From contig CAVOGL010000024.1 of assembly GCA_963695415.1 (NCBI GenBank), forward strand, positions 124,802 through 188,801: 64,000 bases of DNA. Reading direction: 5' to 3'. Position 1 is the stretch's first letter; each line of letters begins with the position of its first letter. The notes under the pieces were generated by a model. The model made no database searches and had not been told where the DNA came from. It was given only the letters and a program-made list of their open reading frames with translations. This DNA comes from an uncultured Chloroflexia bacterium (GTDB taxonomy: Bacteria > Chloroflexota > Anaerolineae > Anaerolineales > UBA4823). The translations under genes were made by a program, and so were the position numbers. Below, in pieces: positions 25,718-34,712 of this stretch.

Positions 25718-26218
25718 TTATAACACGGTTGTATTCAATAATCTTCCTAACTCGCTTTCAGCCTGGTGGATTGGAACGGAAAGGACAGTGCTCCACTCAT
25801 TCAATAGGGAATCCTTGGCGCGGCTTAGGATTGCATTATCATGTTCATTGATTTTCTTTTCTCGTTTATAGGTCACCAGGTCGCGGATCACCCGGCAGAG
25901 AGATTCAATGGTTCCGTCTTTTAACAGGTCTGTCAGCAGTGTTTTACGCGTATACCTGTCATCCGAAAGGGTTTCTCCTGGACTCGCCAGGATGCGAAAG
26001 ACTTCATTGAAATCTTTTGCCGGTGTGGGCATACGCAAACATTGCACTCCCTGCTCATTAATTGGAACCCAGATTGTCAGGTCGCGCACCTGGACAACGT
26101 AATAGGTGCTCCTGGTTCCGGTGAGTACTTTTTCTTCCCGCTGGATAATGCTTCCGATACCATAAACGCAATGCACCACCGGATCCCCAATCTGGAAGGT
26201 TAATTCCCATTCACTCAT
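25718..26218 (-). CDS. carD: CarD/CdnL-family RNA-polymerase-binding transcription factor
   Basis: 166 aa; N-terminal Tudor-like FQIGDPVVHCVYGIGSI and conserved middle/C-terminal helical region. Confidence 0.8.
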   Translation of the reverse strand: MSEWELTFQIGDPVVHCVYGIGSIIQREEKVLTGTRSTYYVVQVRDLTIWVPINEQGVQCLRMPTPAKDFNEVFRILASPGETLSDDRYTRKTLLTDLLKDGTIESLCRVIRDLVTYKREKKINEHDNAILSRAKDSLLNEWSTVLSVPIHQAESELGRLLNTTVL

Positions 26219-26562
26219 TTAGGCCTCTCTTTCTTTATTCCACGCCTTAGCAATTCCAGGTGCATCTCATACAGAGATCCTTACCAGGAATAGGCTTTGC
26301 ATAAAACAATGGTTGCTACCTTAATTCGATGATGGTTATCAATGTATCTGTCTAATCACTCCGGCAGCTAAAATATGATCTACCAGCACAATCTATCCCC
26401 TGGAGAATGCAGTTCGAGTAATTAAAAACCACCATTCCTGCAAAAGGAATTGTGGTTTCACATATCCTATGTAAGAGTAGTGATATTTTACCATATTATG
26501 TGGGATTTGGGACGATGACCATTATGCAATACAGGCATCACCCAATGCTGTTCTTATAATGA

Positions 26563-26592
26563 AACAGGACAGCTCCGAAAAGCTGTCCTGTT
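26563..26592 (-). terminator. terminator of csp (26616-26822)
   Basis: perfect 12-bp stem AACAGGACAGCT/AGCTGTCCTGTT, 6-nt loop, 24 nt past the stop. Confidence 0.65.
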
Positions 26593-26615
26593 CTGATCGA
26601 CGTCAAATCGTTGTG

Positions 26616-26822
26616 TTAAATTGCCACAACTTCTTGAGCCTGCGGTCCTTTTTGACCCTGGACAACGGTAAATTCTACACGTTGACCTTCGTCAAGGGTT
26701 TTATAGCCATCACTGATGATCGCGTTGAAGTGAACAAACACATCACCGCCAGCATCGCGCTCGATAAAGCCGTAGCCTTTTGAGCCGTTGAACCATTTAA
26801 CCGTACCTTGTTCTTTTGCCAT
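26616..26822 (-). CDS. csp: cold-shock protein (CspA family), second copy
   Basis: 68 aa; [20 protein letters not shown]. Confidence 0.95.
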   Translation of the reverse strand: MAKEQGTVKWFNGSKGYGFIERDAGGDVFVHFNAIISDGYKTLDEGQRVEFTVVQGQKGPQAQEVVAI

Positions 26823-27014
26823 GATTTGGAACTCCTTTCAAAGATTAATTGCTGGGTTATGCAGGAATTCCAAGTCAAAGGTAAAACTTTTTCTAGAACT
26901 ACTGTGTAACAAGCATCTTATATTATCACAGATTCCTCATTTTGTGCTGGTCAATATATAGGTATTCCGATAAAATCGGGCGAAATAAGTTCATCTTCAC
27001 GGGAAAAATATGCC

Positions 27015-28740
27015 TTGAACCAAACCATGAAATGCCCGAGCTGTGGTGCGACGGTCGAATTTGATCCGGGTGGGACTCCCGTTGTTCGTTGTCCCTATTG
27101 CCAGACCTCCATCATAATTCCAACCGAATTGCGCCAACCCGCATCCTTACCGGTCCAAATGTTTCAGCGCCCCGGTTGGTCAGACCAAATCCTGCAGCCA
27201 GCCCAGGTCGCCAGTATCCAGGAGTTAGCTCGACTTGCTCACCAGGGGGACAAGATTGAGGCGATTAAAATTTACCGGCAGGTCTTTGGCGCAAGCCTCC
27301 AGGAATCGATAGACGCCGTAGAAAGTATCCAACAGGGTCATAATATCTCTAACCCACAGACGTCAACGCCCGGTCCATTTCTGCAGGATAAGCAGGTCAA
27401 GGATGAGGTTTCTCGTTTACTGCAGGACGGGCGTAAGATCGAAGCGATTAAGTATTACCGCCAGGTTACCGGGCAGAGTTTGAAGGATTCTAAGGAAGCG
27501 GTTGATAATTTTCAATCAAACGGTTCTCTCAATTTGCCTGCTTCTCCGGGTACATACCCTGCCGAGAATATATATCTGGCGGTCAGCCTGGTATCTGTGG
27601 TAGAGCTGGTTCAGGCAGGTGAAGAACAGGCAGCAATTTCCGCCTTCCAGGGTGCATTTGGTGTCGGTTTTGCGGAAGCGCATGCAAGCGGTTCATAAAA
27701 TTTCCCTGGGCGTTACCCAGGATGCGCTGGCAATCGATCCAACCCGGCAAACATTCAATACCATCAAAATTCCTGAGGTTTCTTCCAAAGCCATGAAAAC
27801 AACCGCCGGAGTGGTTGGCGGTATCTCATGTTTATGGGTGTTTGGAGTGATTGCAGTGATTCTCATAACAGTAGTACCGGTATTGTTTGCTCTCAGCAGT
27901 TCGGGCGGACCCCTGGAATTCATCTGGAATCAAATCAACCCGATGGCATACGCCCGGGTTAGCTTGAGATTCGGTGAAGAGGGTAGAGCTCCTGGAATGT
28001 TCGATGATCCGCGCCAGATGACGATTGATCCGCAAGAAAACTTACTCATCGCCAATTACTCGGATGGTCGCGTTCAGAAATTTGATTCATCGGGTGACTA
28101 CATGATGCTCTGGAATATCGGAACGGAGAAATATGTCAGCGGGATAGCATCAGACCAGGATGGTGCTGTTTATCTGGTCTATCGCGGCGGGCTCTGGAAG
28201 TACGCTTCAGAAACAGGTGAGCTTCTGGGCAGGATGGCTGAGAATATGGATGCCTGGTTTGAGGTTGTTGCCACTACAGCCGATAATGGTGTTGTTGCCG
28301 CTGTGAATACGGAACAGATTATGCGCTTTGATTCGAAGGGAAATCTGGTTTTTTCCTTAGCAGATATCCCCGGCACGCAGAGCGGAAAGCCTGATAGAAT
28401 CCAGGACATCGCGGTCGATGGAGTTGGTGGAATGTATGTGCTTTCTGATCGCGGCACGATCAACATTTACACACCCCAGGGTCGTCTGGTCACTCGCTTC
28501 GGTAGCGCCGGTGATGAACAGGGTCAGTTGCGTGCTCCTTCAGCGATTGCGGTGGATGGACTGGGTAATATTTACATCAGTGATATCAAAGGGATTCAAG
28601 TTTTTACGAATGATGGGCGCTACCTGGATCGCATTGAGACCGAAGGTTTCGCCTTCGGCATGGAATTTGATGCTCAAGGCGCTCTTTGGGTGGTCACCAA
28701 TCTGCCCAAAGTTTTCAAATACGAGATCGTTGAACGGTGA
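27015..28740 (+). pseudogene. zinc-ribbon / 3 x L7-L12-C-like repeat / TM / NHL beta-propeller protein, one apparent +1 insertion at 27681
   Basis: CPSCGATVEF..CPYCQT; repeats IEAIKIYRQVFGASLQESIDAVESIQ and IEAIKYYRQVTGQSLKDSKEAVDNFQ. The third repeat AAISAFQGAFGVGFAEA|MQAVHKIS is completed only across the frame change. Then TM helix and NHL-like blades (GNIYISD, GGMYVLSD). Confidence 0.65.
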
Positions 28741-28834
28741 GGAGAAACTAAACCGCACACAGTCCGGAACGCTTATTTGTTACAATTCGATCTGTAACAG
28801 TCCAACGCCATCCTGTGCCTTAGGAGAGATCCAG

Positions 28835-30314
28835 ATGGACTACGCCCCAGAAAATGAAGGTCACATGCTCCAGGTCAGGAACTATATCGAGCACCATCCT
28901 GAGCCCGGTTACCAGCATGCCTCCGATGAAGCCAAAGAAGCTTTTCGCGACATGAAGTACGGTGTGCGCATCCATTGGGGGCTTTACACGCTGTGGAACC
29001 TGCGCAACGAATCCTGGAAATTTCTGCGCATGTCTCGCCAGCGGCGCCAGGCTTACCAGCAGCTTTACCAGGAGTTCAACCCCCAGAATTTTGATGCCGA
29101 CGCCTGGATGGAATTTTTTAAGAGGGTTGGTTTCAGGTGCTTTGCCATCACCACCAAGCACCACGAAGGCTTCTCACTGTTTGACACCCGGACGCGCGTG
29201 CGCAGCAGGATGAATTGGGCAGCTCCTGGCGGTCCGCAGATCGAAGACTGCGACCTGGCTTACAGCGTGATGGACACACCCTTCAAGCGCGACATTATTG
29301 CCGAGTTGTGTGCATCAGCCCAACAGCATGGCATCAAAACCGACCTGTATTTTTCCCACCCCGATTGGTACGACGCTGACTTTCGCCCCTACAGCTTTCA
29401 CCCTCTCCAAACCCAGAGAGTTCTACGATCTGCCGCAAGAATATGGCACGGTCGAGTACGTGAATTTACTCAAACCACCTCGCCACATATTGTCTCCTGA
29501 GCCATCTCCTGAAGAAGTCCAGCGCATGATGGCGCGACACCGTGCTCAGCTGGTCGAATTACTCACCAACTACGGCAAAATCGACATGCTCTGCCTGGAT
29601 ATGTGGCTTGGCAAGCCCGTCTGGTCTGAGCTGCGTCAGACGATCAAGCTGCTGCGCCAGATCCAGCCCGACGTTATGCTGCGCATTCGTGGCATCGGCA
29701 ATTACGGCGATTACTACACTCCCGAAGGGATTGTTCCCGCGGACAAAGCCGAGACCAATATGCCCTGGATGGTGATTTACCCCCTGGGACGCACCTTTTC
29801 CTACGAAACGCAGGTCCGGTTTCACAAAGGACCGGATTGGATCATCCGCAATCTGATCCAGTGCACGGCTACGGGAGGCAATTTCATGGTTGGGATCGGT
29901 CCTGATGCGGATGGCTGGTTTCACCCGCGCGCAATTGAGGTGCTTGAACAGGTGGGAGAATGGCTTCAACTGAACGGCGAGGCAATCTATGCCACCCGCC
30001 CTCACACTCCATGGCATGACGGTCAGGGTATCTTCTTCTCGAAGGCAAAAGACAACCGCTCCATTTATGCCTTCTTCTGCGAGGATGCCTGGAAAGAGGC
30101 GCGTAAATCAGGTCGTTTGATCCTTGGATCCATTCCAGTCCGGCAGGGATTGCAGATTACGCCGCTTGGTGTCGATTCAACGCCCACATCTTCAGGGCTG
30201 GAATGGTCCCAGGAGGGTCAATCCCTGGTCGTACACCTTCCTGCTCGAGTGAGTGAGCAGATGCACCGGACCATCCGGTTTGCCAGGGTTTTTAAATTCT
30301 CTTATTCATCATAG
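28835..30314 (+). pseudogene. alpha-L-fucosidase (GH29), frameshift near 29400
   Basis: YGVRIHWGLYT, FAITTKHHEGFSLFDT, then frame change (..DADFRPY | KPREFYDLPQEYG), DMLCLDMW, TGGNFMVGIGPDADG; ATG 28835 after aggagag. Confidence 0.75.
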
Positions 30315-30349
30315 TTCCATAGCGATCTTATTATCCTCAGGAGATAATC

Positions 30350-31099
30350 ATGCTGGATTTGACCATCAGATACCAGGAACTCGATCGAGACGACACAAGG
30401 CATACCATTTGGCGCATCGTTGAAAAGCCCGTGAGCCTGGAACCGTCCAGGGTCTGTATGCTGCTCTGCGATCTTTGGGACGACCATTGGTGCCGCGGCG
30501 CCGTGGACCGCCTGACTCCGCTTATCCCAAAGTTCAACCGGGTGATCCAATCCGCCCGCCGGCAGGGCATCTGGATCATCCACTCACCTTCGGAGATATC
30601 CGAGTTTTATGCCGGTACTCCTGCCCGCGAGCGCATGCGCAGCATGCCGCGCGTGGATTTACCGCTTCTGGAAGATAGGGATGATCAGCCGCTTCCGATC
30701 GATGATTCAGACGATGGCTGCGATACCGGCGAGACGACCTGGCGCCAGGCATGGAGCCGCCAGCATCCCGGCATCGAGATTGACATGGAACGCGACGGCA
30801 TCTCGGAAGACGAATCCGAAATCTACAGCTTCATCCACCAGAAGGGAATCGAATTCATCCTGTTTATGGGTATCCACACCAACATGTGTGTGCTCAATCG
30901 TCCTTTTGGGATTAAGCGCTGGGTGCGGCGCGGTTTTCCCATTGCCTTTGTGCGCGATCTGACCGATGCTATGTACAACCCTGCCATGCGTCCCTACGTC
31001 AGTCATGAACAAGGAACACAGTTGGTGGTGGACTATATCGAGAAATTCTGGTGCCCGACGATTTCCAGTGAAGAATTACAGCAGGGAGAGCAAATTTGA
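30350..31099 (+). CDS. isochorismatase-like cysteine hydrolase family protein
   Basis: 249 aa; MLLCDLWDDHW (Asp region) and GIHTNMCVLNRPFG (nucleophile Cys) pattern; family assignment from memory only. Confidence 0.55.
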   Translation: MLDLTIRYQELDRDDTRHTIWRIVEKPVSLEPSRVCMLLCDLWDDHWCRGAVDRLTPLIPKFNRVIQSARRQGIWIIHSPSEISEFYAGTPARERMRSMPRVDLPLLEDRDDQPLPIDDSDDGCDTGETTWRQAWSRQHPGIEIDMERDGISEDESEIYSFIHQKGIEFILFMGIHTNMCVLNRPFGIKRWVRRGFPIAFVRDLTDAMYNPAMRPYVSHEQGTQLVVDYIEKFWCPTISSEELQQGEQI

Positions 31100-31160
31100 A
31101 CGGGATTTGTTGGGATAGTCCAATCCTGGTTAGAAAAAGAATTTAATTCCAATAGAGATT

Positions 31161-32069
31161 ATGGAGGTCATTATGGTTAAAAAAATTCATGTTGTGATTA
31201 ACCCTCACGCAGGTCAACCGCAGCCAATTTTGAATCAGATCAACAGTGTGCTCTTTCCTGCTGGTGTCTTGTGGGATGTTTCGATTACCCGAGACAGCGG
31301 GGATGCAACCCGTTTCGCCCGTCAGGCGATCGCTGATGGCGCAGAAGTTGTCGGCGCCTATGGCGGTGACGGCACCGTCATGGAGGTGGCAGAAGCTGTC
31401 CAGGGTGGTGATATCCCCATGGCGATCCTGCCGGGTGGCACTGCCAACCTGATGTCGAAGGAATTGGGTATTCCCAAAAACCTCTCCCAGGCTGCCCAGA
31501 TCATGGTGGACCCCGAAAGCGTCATCCGTCGTGTCGATATCGCCCAATCCGGAGAGAAGCAGTTCATTCTACGCCTGGGAATAGGCTTTGGGGGAGAGAA
31601 GGTAAGACTGGCAGATCGCGAAATGAAAGATAAGTGGGGTATCCTGGCTTATTCGATCGCCGGTCTGAAGGCGCTCAAAACCGTCCAAATGACCCATTAT
31701 CGCATTACTGTGGATGGTGTGGAATATGAAGTCGATGGCAAATCCTGCCTTGTCGATAATGCTGGAAACCTGGGAATGCGCAATGTGACTGCATCCCAGG
31801 CGATCAGCGTCAGCGATGGCTTGCTGGATGTGATCGTGGTGCGTGACGCCAGTGTCGGCTCGTTGATCGCGATAGGTGACCAGGTCCTGGGTCGGGAAGC
31901 TAATCCGGACGCGATCAAGCACTGGCAGGGTCGAGAGATCTCCATCGAGTGCGATCCACCGCAGCCGGTCACGGCAGATGGTGAAATGTGGGATGACACC
32001 CCCGTTTCGGCAAAGGTGATGCCGGGTGTTCTGCCTGTCCTGGTGCCGCCGGACAAGCAGAAACAATAA
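31161..32069 (+). CDS. diacylglycerol-kinase-family lipid kinase (YegS/BmrU-like)
   Basis: 302 aa; VVINPHAG, GGDGTVMEV, ILPGGTANL motifs. Confidence 0.85.
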   Translation: MEVIMVKKIHVVINPHAGQPQPILNQINSVLFPAGVLWDVSITRDSGDATRFARQAIADGAEVVGAYGGDGTVMEVAEAVQGGDIPMAILPGGTANLMSKELGIPKNLSQAAQIMVDPESVIRRVDIAQSGEKQFILRLGIGFGGEKVRLADREMKDKWGILAYSIAGLKALKTVQMTHYRITVDGVEYEVDGKSCLVDNAGNLGMRNVTASQAISVSDGLLDVIVVRDASVGSLIAIGDQVLGREANPDAIKHWQGREISIECDPPQPVTADGEMWDDTPVSAKVMPGVLPVLVPPDKQKQ

Positions 32070-32536
32070 TGGTCGATATAGTCACTTCTCCGCATATTTC
32101 GCAGATCACCGATTATCTGTTTATCTCTGCCTTCCCGCGTGGAAAACACGTCGATGAGATCGTCGCTTTGGGTGTGCGCCTGGTGCTTTCAATGCATTGG
32201 GTGCGCCCCACGAAAATGTTGGGGCGACCACCGGTCAAGCTGTTATGGCTTCCGACAATCGATAAGCCATTCTTCCCCATGCCTATCAGAACGCTGAACA
32301 AAGGTGTACGGGCTGCTTTACCCGTTATCGAAGATGGCGGTTCCGTTCTTGTGAACTGCAAGGCAGGTGTGCATCGCAGCGTGGCACAAGCGGCCTGTGT
32401 GCTGATTGGCATGGGATACAGCGCAGATGACGCCATGAAATTGATCAAAGCGAAGCGTGCTGTGGCTGACCCGTATGTTGGCTATATTCAAAAGCGAATC
32501 CGAAAGTTCGAAAATCAATGGCATGACCATGGATGA
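32069..32536 (+). CDS. dual-specificity / Cys-based protein-tyrosine-phosphatase-fold phosphatase
   Basis: 155 aa; CX5R loop VNCKAGVHRS; start ATG overlaps kinase stop (TAATG). Confidence 0.8.
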   Translation: MVDIVTSPHISQITDYLFISAFPRGKHVDEIVALGVRLVLSMHWVRPTKMLGRPPVKLLWLPTIDKPFFPMPIRTLNKGVRAALPVIEDGGSVLVNCKAGVHRSVAQAACVLIGMGYSADDAMKLIKAKRAVADPYVGYIQKRIRKFENQWHDHG

Positions 32537-32775
32537 AATCAAGCTCACGGGGCTTCCAAGAGAAGCTATTCTCGTTCTGGACGACTACCACACCGTTCAC
32601 AGCCCGTAGGTGCACAATCTGCTTATTGAATTGGGCAGCTTACGCTTTGAACACCTTACTGGCAGTCATCTGGCGCAGTTTAATCAACGCCTCGAGTACT
32701 CAGGAAATCGACGAAGGAACTCTGCGCACGGCAGCTGCTGAGATTGCATCCAACTGTTCCGCCATATCCTCGTAG
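32529..32775 (+). pseudogene. short remnant of a MalT/LuxR-type STAND ATPase regulator
   Basis: frame from 32529 reads ...REAILVLDDYHTVHSP*VHNLLIEL (Walker-B-like LVLDDYH with in-frame TAG); rest only readable in another frame; no N- or C-terminal domains. Confidence 0.3.
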
Positions 32776-32825
32776 CACCAGGTTTCGTGTTGTGAACTAC
32801 ATGTGACTGAATAAGATAAAGAATC

Positions 32826-34712
32826 TTATATAGAGTTTGCGACCACCTCAACATTCTCAAACTGGCTGTTGTACAGCATCGCATAGAACCCGTCCTTCGC
32901 CAGCAGCTTCTCGTGCTTGCCCTGCTCAACAATATCACCATTGTCCATCACCAGGATCCAATCTGCATTGCGGATGGTCGACAACCGGTGGGCGATGATA
33001 AAGCTGGTGCGTCCCTTCATCAGCTCAGCCATGGCTTCCTGGATTAAAACTTCCGTCCGTGTATCCACCGAGCTGGTCGCCTCGTCCAGGATCAGCACTG
33101 TCGGATCCGTGAGGATAGCGCGGGCGATCGTCAGCAGCTGCTTTTGCCCCTGCGAAATGTTCGATACTTCTTCATTGATCACTGTATTATAGCCATCCGG
33201 TAGTGTGCGCACGAAGTGATCGACCCGCGTGGCTTTAGCCGCCGCGAAGACTTCTTCATCAGTAGCGTTCTCACGCCCGTAACGAATATTTTCCATGATC
33301 GTACCATTGAACAACCAGGTATCCTGCAGTACCATACCGAACAGGCAGCGCAGGTCACCGCGTCTGAATTCCTTGATATTCTGGTCGTCTAGCAGGATGG
33401 CACCACTGTTTACCTCATAAAAACGCATTAACAACTTGACCATGGTGGTTTTGCCTGCACCTGTCGGACCGACGATGGCGATGCGCTGTCCTGGATTGGC
33501 GTAGAACGAAAAATCATTTATGATGATTTTCTCGGGATCGTAACCGAAATGGACGTTCTTGAAGTCAACCTGACCCTCAATCTCACCCGTCAGAACAGGT
33601 GTCACAGTGTCAGGTATTTCCTCTGGTTCTCTAAGAAACTCGAAGACTCTCTCTGCCGCTGCCGCAGTCTGCTGGAAGATGTTGGAGATATTGGCAATCT
33701 GCATCAGCGGTTGGGTGAACGAACGCATGTACTGGATGAATGCCTGGATATCCCCCACCGTGATCGCGTTTTGAGCTGCGAGGTATCCACCCAGAACTCC
33801 CACAGCCACATATCCCAGGTTGCCAATGAAACCCATGATCGGCATCATCAACCCGGAAAGAAATTGGGATTTCCATGCAGAGCTGTAGAGCACATCATTC
33901 AATCCGCTAAAGCGGTCAATGCTGTCCGCTTCGCCATTGAAAGCCTTCATCACAACATGCCCGCCGTACATTTCCTCAACATGTCCGTTGATATGCCCCA
34001 GGTAATCTTGCTGCTGCTTGAAATATTTTTGCGACTGGCTGACCACCAGCCCGATCACCGCCATCGAGAGCGGGACTACCAGCAGTGCCACCAGAGTCAT
34101 CAACCAGTTGATCGTCAGCATCATGATCAAAATCCCGATGACTGTGGTCACCGAGGTTACGATCTGCGACAGGCTCTGGTTCAGTGTCTGGCTAACAGTA
34201 TCCACATCATTGGTGATCCTAGAGAGCACTTCACCATGGTTGGTGTTATCAAAATATCTGAATGGCATACGGTTGATCTTGGCAGCGATATCATTGCGGA
34301 AGCGGTAGGTGATGTCCATGGCTATATTTGCCATAATCCAGCCCTGGACGTAAGCCAGGATCGCTGAGAACAAATAAAGTGTAAAGGTAATCACCAGGAT
34401 CCGCCCGATATATTCGAAATCGATCCCCGTGCCGCTGCCGGAGATTTCCGCCATCACGCCCTCGAAGAGCTTGGTGGTGGCTTCCCCCAGTATTTTCGGT
34501 CCCGCGATCATAGCAACCGTCGAAGCTATTGCGATGATCATCACAAACAGGATCGAGATCTTATAGCTTCCCAGGTACTGTAACAGCTGTGCCATCGTGC
34601 CCCTGAAGTCGCGCGGTTTTTCACCTTTCATCATTGCCATGGGACCGCCGCGCATCATCGGTCCACCGCCACCGCTCTCCCTGCGAGTTGTTTGGTTTTT
34701 TTTGTTTTCCAT
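32826..34712 (-). CDS. ABC transporter permease/ATPase (type I exporter half-transporter)
   Basis: 628 aa; 6 TM + GPTGAGKTT, LSQGQKQLL, ILILDEATS. Confidence 0.9.
   Translation of the reverse strand: MENKKNQTTRRESGGGGPMMRGGPMAMMKGEKPRDFRGTMAQLLQYLGSYKISILFVMIIAIASTVAMIAGPKILGEATTKLFEGVMAEISGSGTGIDFEYIGRILVITFTLYLFSAILAYVQGWIMANIAMDITYRFRNDIAAKINRMPFRYFDNTNHGEVLSRITNDVDTVSQTLNQSLSQIVTSVTTVIGILIMMLTINWLMTLVALLVVPLSMAVIGLVVSQSQKYFKQQQDYLGHINGHVEEMYGGHVVMKAFNGEADSIDRFSGLNDVLYSSAWKSQFLSGLMMPIMGFIGNLGYVAVGVLGGYLAAQNAITVGDIQAFIQYMRSFTQPLMQIANISNIFQQTAAAAERVFEFLREPEEIPDTVTPVLTGEIEGQVDFKNVHFGYDPEKIIINDFSFYANPGQRIAIVGPTGAGKTTMVKLLMRFYEVNSGAILLDDQNIKEFRRGDLRCLFGMVLQDTWLFNGTIMENIRYGRENATDEEVFAAAKATRVDHFVRTLPDGYNTVINEEVSNISQGQKQLLTIARAILTDPTVLILDEATSSVDTRTEVLIQEAMAELMKGRTSFIIAHRLSTIRNADWILVMDNGDIVEQGKHEKLLAKDGFYAMLYNSQFENVEVVANSI

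Noticed and set aside
26405-26431. tRNA-like T-arm (cagttcgagta)
   Set aside because: No acceptor stem, anticodon arm or D-arm can be built around it. It resembles the TTAAAAACC box family instead.
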